Positions 19,162-28,780 of a stretch of DNA of 64,000 nt are shown here, piece after piece. Under the pieces are notes generated by a model. It saw only the letters and a list, made by a program, of their open reading frames with translations, did no database searches and was not told the origin of the DNA. The stretch covers positions 160,001 through 224,000 of the forward strand of contig CAVSGG010000005.1 in the NCBI GenBank assembly GCA_963727455.1, in the 5' to 3' direction. Made by a program: the position numbers and the translations under genes. This DNA is from Candidatus Krumholzibacteriota bacterium (GTDB lineage Bacteria > Krumholzibacteriota > Krumholzibacteriia > JAJRXK01). Every line of letters begins with the position of its first letter. Positions within the stretch are counted from its first letter, which is position 1.

Positions 19162-20532
19162 ATGAAGACACCAGCTCATGTCTTCCGGGAGTACGACATT
19201 CGGGGCGAGGTCCAGACCGATCTCAGCTCCGAATTCGTGCGCTGTCTGGGGCGCGGTTTGGGCACTGTCTTCAGGCGCGCCGGAGCCACGCGGATCGGGA
19301 TCGCCCGCGACGTACGGCCAAGCGGTGAGAAGCTCTTCGAATGTCTTGCTGATGGCTTGACGCAGACAGGATGTGTCGTCGTGGACTTCGGTGCCGCACC
19401 CACCGGAGTGTTTTATCACGCCATCGCGACTGGCGAGGAGGAGGCCGGGATTTGTATCACCGGCAGCCACAACCCTCCCGAGTTCAACGGATTCAAGATC
19501 GTGCTGCATGGCCGCAGTTTTTACGGCGAGCAAATCCGTGAACTACGCGTGCTCATGGAGAAGAATGATTTCGAGTCCGGCACGGGCCGCAAGGAGAGTC
19601 GTGGCATCATAGAACCCTACTTGGAGGACGCGACATCACGCGTGAAGATCGAAAGGCCCATTCGTTTCGCGTACGATTGTGGGAATGGGGCCGCGTCACT
19701 CGTCGCCTCCTCTCTCTTTTCACGTCTACATCTTCGACCCATCAGCCTCTTCGATGAGCCGGACGGAACCTTCCCCAACCATCACCCCGACCCCACGATG
19801 CCGGAAAACCTGGAGGATCTCAGAAAGTGTGTTCTGGCCGAGAAGCTCGAGTTGGGGATCGCGTATGACGGCGATGCGGACCGCATAGGAGTACTGGACG
19901 AGAAAGGAGACGTTCTTTGGGGAGACCGTCTCCTCATGCTCTATGCACGCGATCTCCTGCAGCGTCACCCCGGGTCCGGGATCATCTTCGACGTCAAGTG
20001 CAGTCAGACCCTAATCGACGAGATTGCGGCAAAGGGCGGGACTCCGATCCTCTGGAAGACGGGCCATTCCCTCATCAAGGAAAAGATGAGGGAGAGCGGC
20101 GCGCTCCTGGCGGGGGAGATGAGCGGACACGTATTCTTCGCGGAGAACTGGTACGGCTTCGACGACGCGCTGTTTGCCACTTTACGTCTCTTGGAAATCG
20201 TCTCGCGCGATGAAGACTCTCTCAGCAGCAGACTGGCCGACGTCCCCACTTTGGTCGCCACCCCCGAGATCCGTGTGGATTGTTCCGACGAGCTGAAGTT
20301 CGCCGTGGTGGCGAAAGTGAAAGAGCACTTCGAGCGCGAACACGAAGTCAACGACATCGATGGGGCAAGAGTGACCTTTGCCAACGGCTGGGGTCTCGTG
20401 CGGGCCAGCAACACGCAGCCCGCTCTGGTCCTTCGAGCCGAAGCGAGCAATGAAACGCTCAAGCAGGACTACTTGAAAAAGCTAGAAGACGCGATCGCCG
20501 CTGCCCAAAACGAATTGGCAAGTGGGACATGA
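19162..20532 (+). CDS. Phosphomannomutase/phosphoglucomutase (AlgC/ManB type)
   Basis: FREYDIRG, TGSHNP, DGDADR, GEMSGH and RASNT motifs. Confidence 0.95.
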   Translation: MKTPAHVFREYDIRGEVQTDLSSEFVRCLGRGLGTVFRRAGATRIGIARDVRPSGEKLFECLADGLTQTGCVVVDFGAAPTGVFYHAIATGEEEAGICITGSHNPPEFNGFKIVLHGRSFYGEQIRELRVLMEKNDFESGTGRKESRGIIEPYLEDATSRVKIERPIRFAYDCGNGAASLVASSLFSRLHLRPISLFDEPDGTFPNHHPDPTMPENLEDLRKCVLAEKLELGIAYDGDADRIGVLDEKGDVLWGDRLLMLYARDLLQRHPGSGIIFDVKCSQTLIDEIAAKGGTPILWKTGHSLIKEKMRESGALLAGEMSGHVFFAENWYGFDDALFATLRLLEIVSRDEDSLSSRLADVPTLVATPEIRVDCSDELKFAVVAKVKEHFEREHEVNDIDGARVTFANGWGLVRASNTQPALVLRAEASNETLKQDYLKKLEDAIAAAQNELASGT

Positions 20533-21617
20533 GCGCGCGCCCCGAAGGACATGCGGTCATTCTGGCCGGAGGTCGGGGGACGCGCTTCTGGCCACTGTCG
20601 CGGCGCGCGCAACCCAAGCAGCTTCTGGATCTGACCGGAGACGGGAGCCTGTTGGCGATGACGCTGGAGCGTCTAGAACCCCTGGTACCGGCCGCGAAGC
20701 AGTGGATTCTCACCAGCGAGCTTCTGGCGGAAAAGGTAAGGAAGCACGCCCCGAGAGTACCTGCGGACCAGATCATCGCAGAACCGGTGGGACGAAATAC
20801 GGCCTGCGCAGTGGGCCTTGCGGCCGCGCTGGTAGAGCAACGAGCGGGGGACGTGCCTTTCGCCGTCTTGCCCAGCGATCACATCATTGCTCCTGCCCCG
20901 GAATTTCAGGGTGCTCTGAGCCAGGCCTTCAAAATCACCAAGGACAACGAGGTGCTGCTCACCTTCGGGGTGACCCCTTCGCGGCCGGAGACAGGCTACG
21001 GCTATATCGAAGAGGGGGAACCTCTTGCCTCCGCCGCCCCCGCGCGTCGCGTGGCCGCATTCACCGAAAAGCCCGACCATGCCACAGCGACGCGCTATCT
21101 GGAGGGTGGAAGACACTTCTGGAATTCCGGGATCTTCGCTTGGCGCCCCTCTGTCCTACTGGAGGGACTGAAACGGGAGCTTCCCGATCTGTGCGATTCC
21201 GTGAGGCGCTGCGCCGCCGCGGGGGAAGTGGGAACCTCCAAGTTTCTCGAGGCGTTGAAATCCACTTACCAAGGAGCCCCGTCGATTTCGATCGACTACG
21301 CCCTGATGGAAAAGGCCAGAAACGTGGTGGTGTTGCCCGCGAGCTTCTCCTGGAACGACGTGGGGCAATGGGTTTCCATGCGCGAACTGTGGCCGCTCGA
21401 CAAGGATGGCAACTGCAGCCGAGGTGAGGTACTCGCTCTTTCGAGCCAGGATTGCGTGGTGTACGGTCCCGACCGCCTTACTGCGTTGTTGGGCGTGAAG
21501 GACATCATCGTAGTCCAGACCGAGGACGCCACCTTGGTATGCGATGCGAAACGATCACAAGACGTCAGGCTAATTTTGGAGGCTCTCCAGCGCGAGGGCC
21601 GCAAGGATCTTCAGTAG
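20529..21617 (+). CDS. manC: Mannose-1-phosphate guanylyltransferase
   Basis: ILAGG.GTRFWPLSR...PKQ, EP.GRNTA, PSDH, ETGYGYI, F.EKP, WNSGIF and SIDYALMEK motifs. Confidence 0.93.
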   Translation: MSARPEGHAVILAGGRGTRFWPLSRRAQPKQLLDLTGDGSLLAMTLERLEPLVPAAKQWILTSELLAEKVRKHAPRVPADQIIAEPVGRNTACAVGLAAALVEQRAGDVPFAVLPSDHIIAPAPEFQGALSQAFKITKDNEVLLTFGVTPSRPETGYGYIEEGEPLASAAPARRVAAFTEKPDHATATRYLEGGRHFWNSGIFAWRPSVLLEGLKRELPDLCDSVRRCAAAGEVGTSKFLEALKSTYQGAPSISIDYALMEKARNVVVLPASFSWNDVGQWVSMRELWPLDKDGNCSRGEVLALSSQDCVVYGPDRLTALLGVKDIIVVQTEDATLVCDAKRSQDVRLILEALQREGRKDLQ

Positions 21618-21651
21618 AGCCGAGTTTTCAGAATAAGGTGGAGGTAGCCAA

Positions 21652-22890
21652 ATGTTCCGAGGAATCCGATGGTTCACAGTGATTGCGAGCCTGTTGGCGC
21701 TTGCGGCGTGTCAGGGCGAGAAGAACGGAGGCACACAATCGGCCGGCAGCTCCTCGGTCTCACCGAGTAAGGACTTCACCCAGGTAATCGCAAAAGTGGG
21801 TGATATCGAGATCACCCAAGGCTACTTCGATAAGCGATTCGATCAACTCAGCGAGGCGGACAGAAAAGCCTTCAGCGACAGGGAGGGGAAGCGGCGCTTC
21901 CTCGATCAGCTCATCGAAGAAACGGCGCTCTACAAGAAGGCTCTCGACGAACACCTCGACCAGGATCCCGAGGTCCAGACTCGACTCGACATCGCTCGAC
22001 GGGCGATATTGCGGAAGGCCTGTGCGGACCAGATAACTGCCAACTCTCAGCCGGACGAGCAAACTGTCAAGGACTACTACGAGAAAAACAAGGAAGAGTT
22101 CAAGACATTACCGAGACTCATGGCTTCGCACATCAGCTGCCGAGATAAGTCGAAGATCGACCAGGCCTATGCTGCTCTCCAGGCTGGCCAAGCATGGGAT
22201 TCCGTGGCCGACAAGTACAACGAAGCTCCGAACTCGAAAGACACTCACGGTACGATCGGCTGGATCAATCCCGATGGGTTCGTCATGGGAGTGGGTGTCA
22301 ACACCGATTTCAATAAGATCGCGTTCTCCCTCGGCTACCAGAAGTACTCCAAGCCGGTGCTCATCAATAGACGCTGGGAGATCATTCGCGCCGGGGCCAA
22401 GAAGCCGGGCGAGATTCCTACTTTCGATCAGGTCAGACCGCGGGTGGTCGAGAAACTGCGTGCGACGGCAAGGCGCCGCGATTACGAGAGAGAAGTGCAG
22501 AAGCTGGAGAGCGAGTACTCCGTGCAACGATTTGGCCCATACGAAAGGGACGCCGCTAATAGCGCCGAGGATCTGTACAAACGGGCTTCGGAGATCAACG
22601 ATCCCCAAACGAAGATCGACTATTACAATAGAATTGCTAACAACTTCCCCGAGTCCGAACTCGCCGACGAGGCTTTGTTTACGGCCGGCTTCATCTACAG
22701 TGAACAGCTCCGCAAGCGCAATTTCGCTTTTGCGGAGTTCCACCGGCTGATCACCGACTATCCGGACAGTAAGTACGTTGAGGATGCCAAGTGGATGATG
22801 GATAACATGGGGAAATCCGGACTGGAAAATGCCAATGACAGTTCGGCAGAGGCGATCCAAGAGGAAATCAAGTCTCAAAAGGGGAAATGA
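21652..22890 (+). CDS. Lipoprotein: PpiC/parvulin-type peptidyl-prolyl isomerase with C-terminal TPR-like (BamD/CpoB-like) region
   Basis: Lipobox LAAC; SurA-like N-domain; ASHI and G.IGW motifs; FPES.LA.EALF..GFIY and YPDS. Confidence 0.75.
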   Translation: MFRGIRWFTVIASLLALAACQGEKNGGTQSAGSSSVSPSKDFTQVIAKVGDIEITQGYFDKRFDQLSEADRKAFSDREGKRRFLDQLIEETALYKKALDEHLDQDPEVQTRLDIARRAILRKACADQITANSQPDEQTVKDYYEKNKEEFKTLPRLMASHISCRDKSKIDQAYAALQAGQAWDSVADKYNEAPNSKDTHGTIGWINPDGFVMGVGVNTDFNKIAFSLGYQKYSKPVLINRRWEIIRAGAKKPGEIPTFDQVRPRVVEKLRATARRRDYEREVQKLESEYSVQRFGPYERDAANSAEDLYKRASEINDPQTKIDYYNRIANNFPESELADEALFTAGFIYSEQLRKRNFAFAEFHRLITDYPDSKYVEDAKWMMDNMGKSGLENANDSSAEAIQEEIKSQKGK

Positions 22891-23009
22891 GGTCGTACAC
22901 TTTCCGGCATGTTCGGGCTGGCACTCACGGTTGCTATCGCGATCGAAGCCGGTATAGTGTCCTTTGAGAGCTCGGAGGGAGTTCTCGAACCCATGCAAGG
23001 AGAGTTGCG

Positions 23010-23507
23010 ATGAACCGCCGATCCCGCGCATTCGAACCCAAGATCCTCGCCCTCTCGCTCGCTTTTCTCATGCTCTGCGCACTCTCCGTCGTAGTACCGG
23101 GACGGTCCTCCGCGAGCCCGAAAGCGGTAGGCAATCCGCAACCGAAGACCAACCCGGGATCTCCCGCGGACAGCTTGAAGCAGGTAGAAGGCCCCAAGAT
23201 CGTCGATGCGGCCGTCTGTCGCAGGGTTGAGGAACGTAAACCGATCGAGTCCGGCGACCGCTTTCCTTCCGACGTCGGAAGTCTGAGCTGTTTTTGCCGT
23301 GTGGTACACGGCAAAGGAACCAAGATCGTGCACGCGTGGATTCAAGACGGACAAACTCGTGCGCGCGTCGAGCTGGAGGTCGGTAGCAATTCGTGGAGAA
23401 CCTGGAGCACGAAACGCATCCTGCCTTCATGGACCGGAAGCTGGGAAGTAAAGATCATGACTCCAGACGGGGTCGTTCTCGATTCGGTGGCGTTCACCAT
23501 CTATTGA
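23010..23507 (+). CDS. DUF2914-family exported protein
   Basis: Signal peptide; I.H.W, WRTWS.K and G.W.V motifs. Confidence 0.75.
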   Translation: MNRRSRAFEPKILALSLAFLMLCALSVVVPGRSSASPKAVGNPQPKTNPGSPADSLKQVEGPKIVDAAVCRRVEERKPIESGDRFPSDVGSLSCFCRVVHGKGTKIVHAWIQDGQTRARVELEVGSNSWRTWSTKRILPSWTGSWEVKIMTPDGVVLDSVAFTIY

Positions 23508-23524
23508 CGCCAAGAGGGTTCCAA

Positions 23525-24091
23525 GTGGATTCCACATCCGAACTCATCGAGGTTCGCGTGAGCGCTCTGGTTCGCGATGCCAAGACCGACGCTCCGGTGG
23601 TCTTGCTTCAAGTTCTGGGTTCCAAACGCCACCTTCCGATCTGGATCGGAGACGCCGAGGCCAACGCGATCGCAATGGTGCTCGCGGGGCGCCGGTTCCA
23701 GCGTCCTCTGACCCATGACCTCATGCAACAAATCGTCGACGGTCTCGGAGGAAAGCTGAGTCGAGTCGTCGTAACGGACATCCAGGGCAACACCTATTTC
23801 GCTCGACTCTACCTGGCACGGGGGCACGAGGTCATCGCGATCGACGCGCGTCCTAGCGATTCCATCGCCCTCGCGCTCCGTTGTGAGTCGCCGATCTTTC
23901 TCTCCCGGAAGGTCGCGGAGGAGCAAGCGGACAACATGCTGGAGGCTGAGGAGAGCATCGACACGCAGCAAGTGGTCGAGAACCTCATCCGCGATGTGCA
24001 GAGAAAGGTCGACCGGGATGAGCCCGGGACTCCAGACGATTTCGACGAGGAGGGTGGCGAATGGCCATCATCAGGCCCTACCGAGGAATGA
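23525..24091 (+). CDS. Bifunctional nuclease domain protein (DUF151)
   Basis: LPIWIG..EA.AI, RPLTHDL and DARPSD.IALALR motifs. Confidence 0.9.
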   Translation: MDSTSELIEVRVSALVRDAKTDAPVVLLQVLGSKRHLPIWIGDAEANAIAMVLAGRRFQRPLTHDLMQQIVDGLGGKLSRVVVTDIQGNTYFARLYLARGHEVIAIDARPSDSIALALRCESPIFLSRKVAEEQADNMLEAEESIDTQQVVENLIRDVQRKVDRDEPGTPDDFDEEGGEWPSSGPTEE

Positions 24092-24582
24092 CTCCTCAGA
24101 TTGGGAAGAATGTCTACCTGGCCGATGACGTGGTGATCATTGGTGAGGTCATTATCGAAGATGACGTCAACATTTGGTGGGGAAGCGTTCTGCGTGGAGA
24201 TTGCGGCCTCATTCACGTCGGCCGGGGAAGCAACATCCAAGACGGTTGTATGCTTCACTCGACCACCGATTACAGCTCCACAGTTTTGCAAAATGAGGTG
24301 TCGGTGGGGCATCATGCCGTGATTCACGGTGCCCTGGTGGAGGAGGGCTGCCTCGTGGGTATGAAGAGCGTGTTGCTCGATAAGGCGCACATCGAGAAAT
24401 TCTCTATCGTGGCCGCCGGCGCTGTAGTGCCCGAGAAGATGCGAGTTCCCAGCAATCATCTAGTAGCAGGGGTGCCCGCCAAGGTGAAGAAGGAACTGCC
24501 TCTAGAGAACAAGCAGGCACGGCGCGAGCATGCGCAAGAATACATGGATCTGGCCACCTGGTACCTGGAGAACCCGAGTTGA
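24061..24582 (+). CDS. Gamma-class carbonic anhydrase family protein (left-handed beta-helix)
   Basis: VLRGD, NIQDG..LH, VGH.A..HG and GVPAK motifs. Confidence 0.9.
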   Translation: MAIIRPYRGMTPQIGKNVYLADDVVIIGEVIIEDDVNIWWGSVLRGDCGLIHVGRGSNIQDGCMLHSTTDYSSTVLQNEVSVGHHAVIHGALVEEGCLVGMKSVLLDKAHIEKFSIVAAGAVVPEKMRVPSNHLVAGVPAKVKKELPLENKQARREHAQEYMDLATWYLENPS

Positions 24583-24622
24583 AGCAGGCCGGACGGGGTT
24601 GGCCCGCTTCGAGGTGGCGAGC

Positions 24623-26476
24623 ATGAGCAGAAGTCATTTTGCAAGTTGGACGATCACGGTGCTGGTGGCACTGGTGCTTGGCGGTTGCGCGTCGTCGATC
24701 AAGAGTCCGCGTTTGAGCGGTGGATTGAGCCACGACGAAGAGCGAGAAGCGTCCGAGCAATACCAGCAGCTCTTGGCGGCGAGTGCGGCCGGGCAAAATT
24801 CTCAGGCCCGGGACTTGGCCTATGGCATTCTCGATCGCTATCCCGGATTCGAACATGAGGACCACGTGCTACTCTTGGGCGCGCGCGCTTCTGAAGAACT
24901 AGGCGACGAGCGCACGGCGCGCGTGCTGTTGGACTCTCTGCTCCAGCACCATTCCGGGTCCCGGTATCTGCCCGACGCATGGTGGCTCATCGCACAGATT
25001 TACGACCGAAGACAGCAGTGGCGTGAGGCTGCCCAAGCCTATGTGCACTATCTCGACCAGCCGGGAGAACTTCCGTCGCGAGATCGAGCCAGCGCGAGAC
25101 TCCATACGCTTCTTCAAAAAAAATTGAGTGTGAGCGATATTGGCCGTTTGCGCGATGAGAGCCTGAATACGAGTTCGGGAGAGGAGGTGGCCTTCGCTTT
25201 TTTGCAGAGGAAGCGCGAAGCGGGCGCCAACCCGAAGGAGATCGGTCCTCTTCTGGAAGATTTCCTCACTCGCTTTCCCCAGAGCCCCCAGCGCGAAGCG
25301 GTGGCGCAGATGCTCTCGGAGTACAAGAGCGAGGGGAGCTATGAGCCCGCAGGCCCGGTGAGCGTGGCTTACGTGGACCGCATCGGCCTTCTCTGTCCTT
25401 TGACCGGGGAATACGCCGCTTTGGGACAGGCCATGTACAATGGCGCCCTGCTCGCGCTCGAAGAGCATAACCGGAGCTCTGAGGACGATTTGAAACTCGT
25501 CGCATTGGATACCCGGGGAGATGGGGTACAGGCCGTTCTGTCCGCACGTACTTTGATCAACCACGATGGAGTACTGGCCATCGTGGGCGCTCTGCTTTCT
25601 CCCACCACGATCGCGGCCGCCGTCGTCTGTCAGGGCCAGCGTGTTCCTCTGATCTCACCCACCGCGACGCAGGAAAACATCTCCTTGATCGGAGACGAGA
25701 TCTTCCAAACCAATGTCACTCGAGCATTCGAGACGCGCGTATTAGCGCGGGTCACGGTACGTAGATTGCTGCGGCGACGCCTTGCAATTTTGTACCCCGA
25801 TACCGACGAGGGCAGAAACGCCGCCAACATTTTCTCGGCCGAGGCGGAGAGGCTCGGAGCCAAGATCGTGGCCAGCGAGCCCTACCAAAGCGGCCTCACT
25901 GATTTCAAAGCTCCTATCGAGCGTATCCGTGAGAAGGGCCCCGAGGCGCTCTTCGTTCCGGCCGGACCCAGTGAGATGCGCCTCATCGCGCCTCAGCTGA
26001 CCTTCTACCAGCTCGAGGTTCAATTGCTGGGACTGAGCACCTGGAATCGTCCACGGCTGGCCGAGGGTGCGGGCGACGTGCTGGAAGGTGCCATCTTTCC
26101 CAGTGAGACTGCGCTCATGGCGCCGGGGGAGAGCGAACGATTCCAATCCCTGTGGAAGCGACGCTTTCACGACGACGAAGTGAATCCCTTCGCTCTCAAG
26201 ACCTACTTCGCCACGCGCAGACTCCTGGACGCGATTCACGGGGGAGCCCGAAGCCGTCGTGCGGTGAGCGAGGAGTTGAGTCAGAATCTCGTTCCGAGCG
26301 ACCGCGCGAGAAACCTGGTCTCTACGGAGTCGGCCCTGCGCATGTTGGAGAACGGAAAAGTCGTGCCGTTTCCGAGTGAAGTGTTCGCGGATCCCATCGG
26401 ACCCGTTCTTCCCGATGCACCACCTGCTCGGGACACCGAACCCGTTCCGAGAGGGAGGCCGGGTGGCCGAGGCTAG
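24623..26476 (+). CDS. LpoA/LppC-like lipoprotein (TPR repeats plus type I periplasmic-binding domain)
   Basis: Lipobox LGGC; TPR-like repeats; IGLL.PLTG.YA.LG and VPLISPTA motifs. Confidence 0.75.
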   Translation: MSRSHFASWTITVLVALVLGGCASSIKSPRLSGGLSHDEEREASEQYQQLLAASAAGQNSQARDLAYGILDRYPGFEHEDHVLLLGARASEELGDERTARVLLDSLLQHHSGSRYLPDAWWLIAQIYDRRQQWREAAQAYVHYLDQPGELPSRDRASARLHTLLQKKLSVSDIGRLRDESLNTSSGEEVAFAFLQRKREAGANPKEIGPLLEDFLTRFPQSPQREAVAQMLSEYKSEGSYEPAGPVSVAYVDRIGLLCPLTGEYAALGQAMYNGALLALEEHNRSSEDDLKLVALDTRGDGVQAVLSARTLINHDGVLAIVGALLSPTTIAAAVVCQGQRVPLISPTATQENISLIGDEIFQTNVTRAFETRVLARVTVRRLLRRRLAILYPDTDEGRNAANIFSAEAERLGAKIVASEPYQSGLTDFKAPIERIREKGPEALFVPAGPSEMRLIAPQLTFYQLEVQLLGLSTWNRPRLAEGAGDVLEGAIFPSETALMAPGESERFQSLWKRRFHDDEVNPFALKTYFATRRLLDAIHGGARSRRAVSEELSQNLVPSDRARNLVSTESALRMLENGKVVPFPSEVFADPIGPVLPDAPPARDTEPVPRGRPGGRG

Positions 26477-27198
26477 GGTTTCAGCTTCTTCCCGGTGCTG
26501 CTTGCCGCCGAGGGTTTGAAGATCCAGCGAACTTGGTCCCAGAACGGCTCGGCCTTGCCCTCTTCGCCCAAGTAGCGGTACTTCCATTGGCGCACCGCCC
26601 GCAGAGCCGCTTCCTCGAACGCCTTACCCCCCTCGCCCCGTGTGACGTAGGCGTCACTGACCGTTCCATCGCTTTCGACGTAGATGGCCACGTCGACCGT
26701 GACGGGATGAGGCAGTACTACCCCCGGTGGATAGCGCGGTCGTACCAGCTTGATCAAGACGAAGTCGAGGCTGCGCTGGGATGGTCTGACCATTCGCACT
26801 TGTTCGCGGAGGTCGTTACTCTGCGAGAGTCCCTCTTCGGGCCTCTCCTTCGTCTCGATGGTGTAGTCGGGAACTCCGGTCGGAGGGGGGACCGGCGTGG
26901 CGTTCTCCGCCTCCACGGTAGTTGGAGGCCTATCGACGACGTCCACCTGGAGCCCTTTGGCAGCGCTGGCGCGCAGGTGCTTGGGGTCTTGGCTCACGGG
27001 ATCCTGGTCGCGGATGATCTCGATATCCGGAAGAACGCGCAGTTCCCCTTGAATTCCCGTATGGAAGAGCAAATGCTGCAGACGATCTTCATCGGGGCCG
27101 AGGATTGCGACGAGAACGAAACCCACCAGGGCTGCGGCGGCTGCCAGCAGAATTCTACGGCCGTAGGAGCCGTGGCGAAAGGCGGGTTCTGTTTCCAT
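26473..27198 (-). CDS. TonB family protein (single TM, Pro-rich linker, TonB C-terminal domain)
   Basis: P.YP, V....DG.V and F..AAL.AVRQW motifs; start chosen from the minus-strand promoter. Confidence 0.75.
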   Translation of the reverse strand: METEPAFRHGSYGRRILLAAAAALVGFVLVAILGPDEDRLQHLLFHTGIQGELRVLPDIEIIRDQDPVSQDPKHLRASAAKGLQVDVVDRPPTTVEAENATPVPPPTGVPDYTIETKERPEEGLSQSNDLREQVRMVRPSQRSLDFVLIKLVRPRYPPGVVLPHPVTVDVAIYVESDGTVSDAYVTRGEGGKAFEEAALRAVRQWKYRYLGEEGKAEPFWDQVRWIFKPSAASSTGKKLKP

Positions 27199-27235
27199 AA
27201 GCTGAGTCCGGACAACCAATTGAGCGTTCTGCATC

Positions 27236-27305
27236 AAGCTACCGGCAGGAATGTACGGTGTCAACGCGCCCTCGTTTGACGCTGCCTTTTCGCCTGTGCT
27301 AGGGT
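27236..27305. promoter_or_regulatory. Back-to-back divergent promoters for tonB-like (-) and selA (+)
   Basis: Minus strand: TTGACA (27264-27259)-17 nt-TAGCTT. Plus strand: TTGACG (27276-27281)-18 nt-TAGGGT with TG extension. Confidence 0.55.
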
Positions 27306-27346
27306 GTCGCCGCCCACGCTCTCCAATCAAGGATTGCTCCGCCGGT

Positions 27347-28780
27347 ATGAGCCATCCCGGGCGGGAATTGCCGCCGCTTCATGAACTCCTGAAACGACGC
27401 GCGGTGCGCGCTCTTCGCCGCCGTCTGCGCAGTGATCTGCTCACGCGTCTGGCTCGCGAAGCTCTCAGCGAGGAACGTTCCTTCCTGTCTCGGGGGAGGG
27501 GTTTTTCCGAGCGCTACGGATCGGGCCCGCTGAATCGAGCCAGACTTACGCGATACCTGGAAGCTCGCCTAGTAGAGGAGGTCGACGATCTGCTGCAGCC
27601 CCAACTTCAGAGCGTGATCAACGCGAGCGGAGTATTGCTACATACGAACCTCGGGCGAGCGCGGCTGGGAATCTCGGCCCGAACGGAACTCGCACGTGTC
27701 GCGGAGGACCCGGTAGCACTGGAGATCGAACTCGAGTCGGGGAAGCGGGGGAGTCGCAACAGCGCGGTTTCGCGTTGGCTTCGGCTCCTGACCGGTGCTG
27801 AGGCCGGGCTTGCGGTGAACAATGGAGCCGGAGCTCTGTGGCTTACGGTTCATGCTCTTGCACGCGGTCGGCGCGCGATTATTTCGCGCGGAGAACAAGT
27901 GGCGATTGGAGGGTCCTTTCGCATGCCGGAGCTGCTTCGGACCACCGGGGCCACGATCGTCGAGGTGGGAACGACCAACAAGACGAGTCTCGCCGATTAC
28001 GCCAAGGTCTTGAGGGCCGGCGACATGATCCTGAAAGTCCACCCCAGCAATTACCAGGTACAGGGATTCACCGAGGAAGCTCCGCTCGAAAAGCTCGGCG
28101 CACTGGTCCGTGAACGGAATGCTCGTCTCGTCTTTGACGCCGGTAGTGGTTGCCTCTATAACTTTGCCAAATTCGGTCTGAAGGGAGAGTCGACGATCGA
28201 CCAAGCTCTGAGCTCCGGAGCACAGCTCGTGAGCTTCAGCGGGGACAAGCTCCTCGGAGGTCCCCAGGCCGGGCTCATCGTGGGCGAGGCTGCACTGATC
28301 GGCAAGCTGAGCAAGCACCCGATGATGCGGGCACTGCGACTGGACAAGCTGATTCTGGCCGCGCTCGAGGCGACTCTGAAGGAGTATGGACGTGGCAGCG
28401 GTGCACCGGAAATCCCTCTGCTGGACGCGCTGCGTTTGAGCAAGACCGAACTCAAGAGACGCGCCGCTCGTCTCGAGTTGGAATTGAAAGCGGCGCTACC
28501 GGAGGGCTGGAGCTGCAAAGTGGTAAAGGGTGAGGCCGCCGTGGGGGGTGGCTCGTTTGCCCAGCGCCCGGTGGGAAGCATTCAACTCCAAATCGAGGGG
28601 CCTCAGGTGGACAGCGCAGAACGACTGCACGCTCGCCTCAGACGTGGTCGTCCCGCAGTTCTGACCTCGATCGCTCAGGGTGTCATTCGGATCGACTTCC
28701 GCACTCTGCGTGAAAGTGATCTCACGCCGCTCGCTGACCGTATCATCTTTTCGAGTCGCGAGGGGGTAACATCGTCGTGA
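27347..28780 (+). CDS. selA: L-seryl-tRNA(Sec) selenium transferase
   Basis: VINASGVLLHTNLGRA, VNN.A.A, IGGSFRMP, EVGTTN.T, LKVH.SN and FSGDKLLGGPQAG (PLP lysine) motifs. Confidence 0.93.
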   Translation: MSHPGRELPPLHELLKRRAVRALRRRLRSDLLTRLAREALSEERSFLSRGRGFSERYGSGPLNRARLTRYLEARLVEEVDDLLQPQLQSVINASGVLLHTNLGRARLGISARTELARVAEDPVALEIELESGKRGSRNSAVSRWLRLLTGAEAGLAVNNGAGALWLTVHALARGRRAIISRGEQVAIGGSFRMPELLRTTGATIVEVGTTNKTSLADYAKVLRAGDMILKVHPSNYQVQGFTEEAPLEKLGALVRERNARLVFDAGSGCLYNFAKFGLKGESTIDQALSSGAQLVSFSGDKLLGGPQAGLIVGEAALIGKLSKHPMMRALRLDKLILAALEATLKEYGRGSGAPEIPLLDALRLSKTELKRRAARLELELKAALPEGWSCKVVKGEAAVGGGSFAQRPVGSIQLQIEGPQVDSAERLHARLRRGRPAVLTSIAQGVIRIDFRTLRESDLTPLADRIIFSSREGVTSS

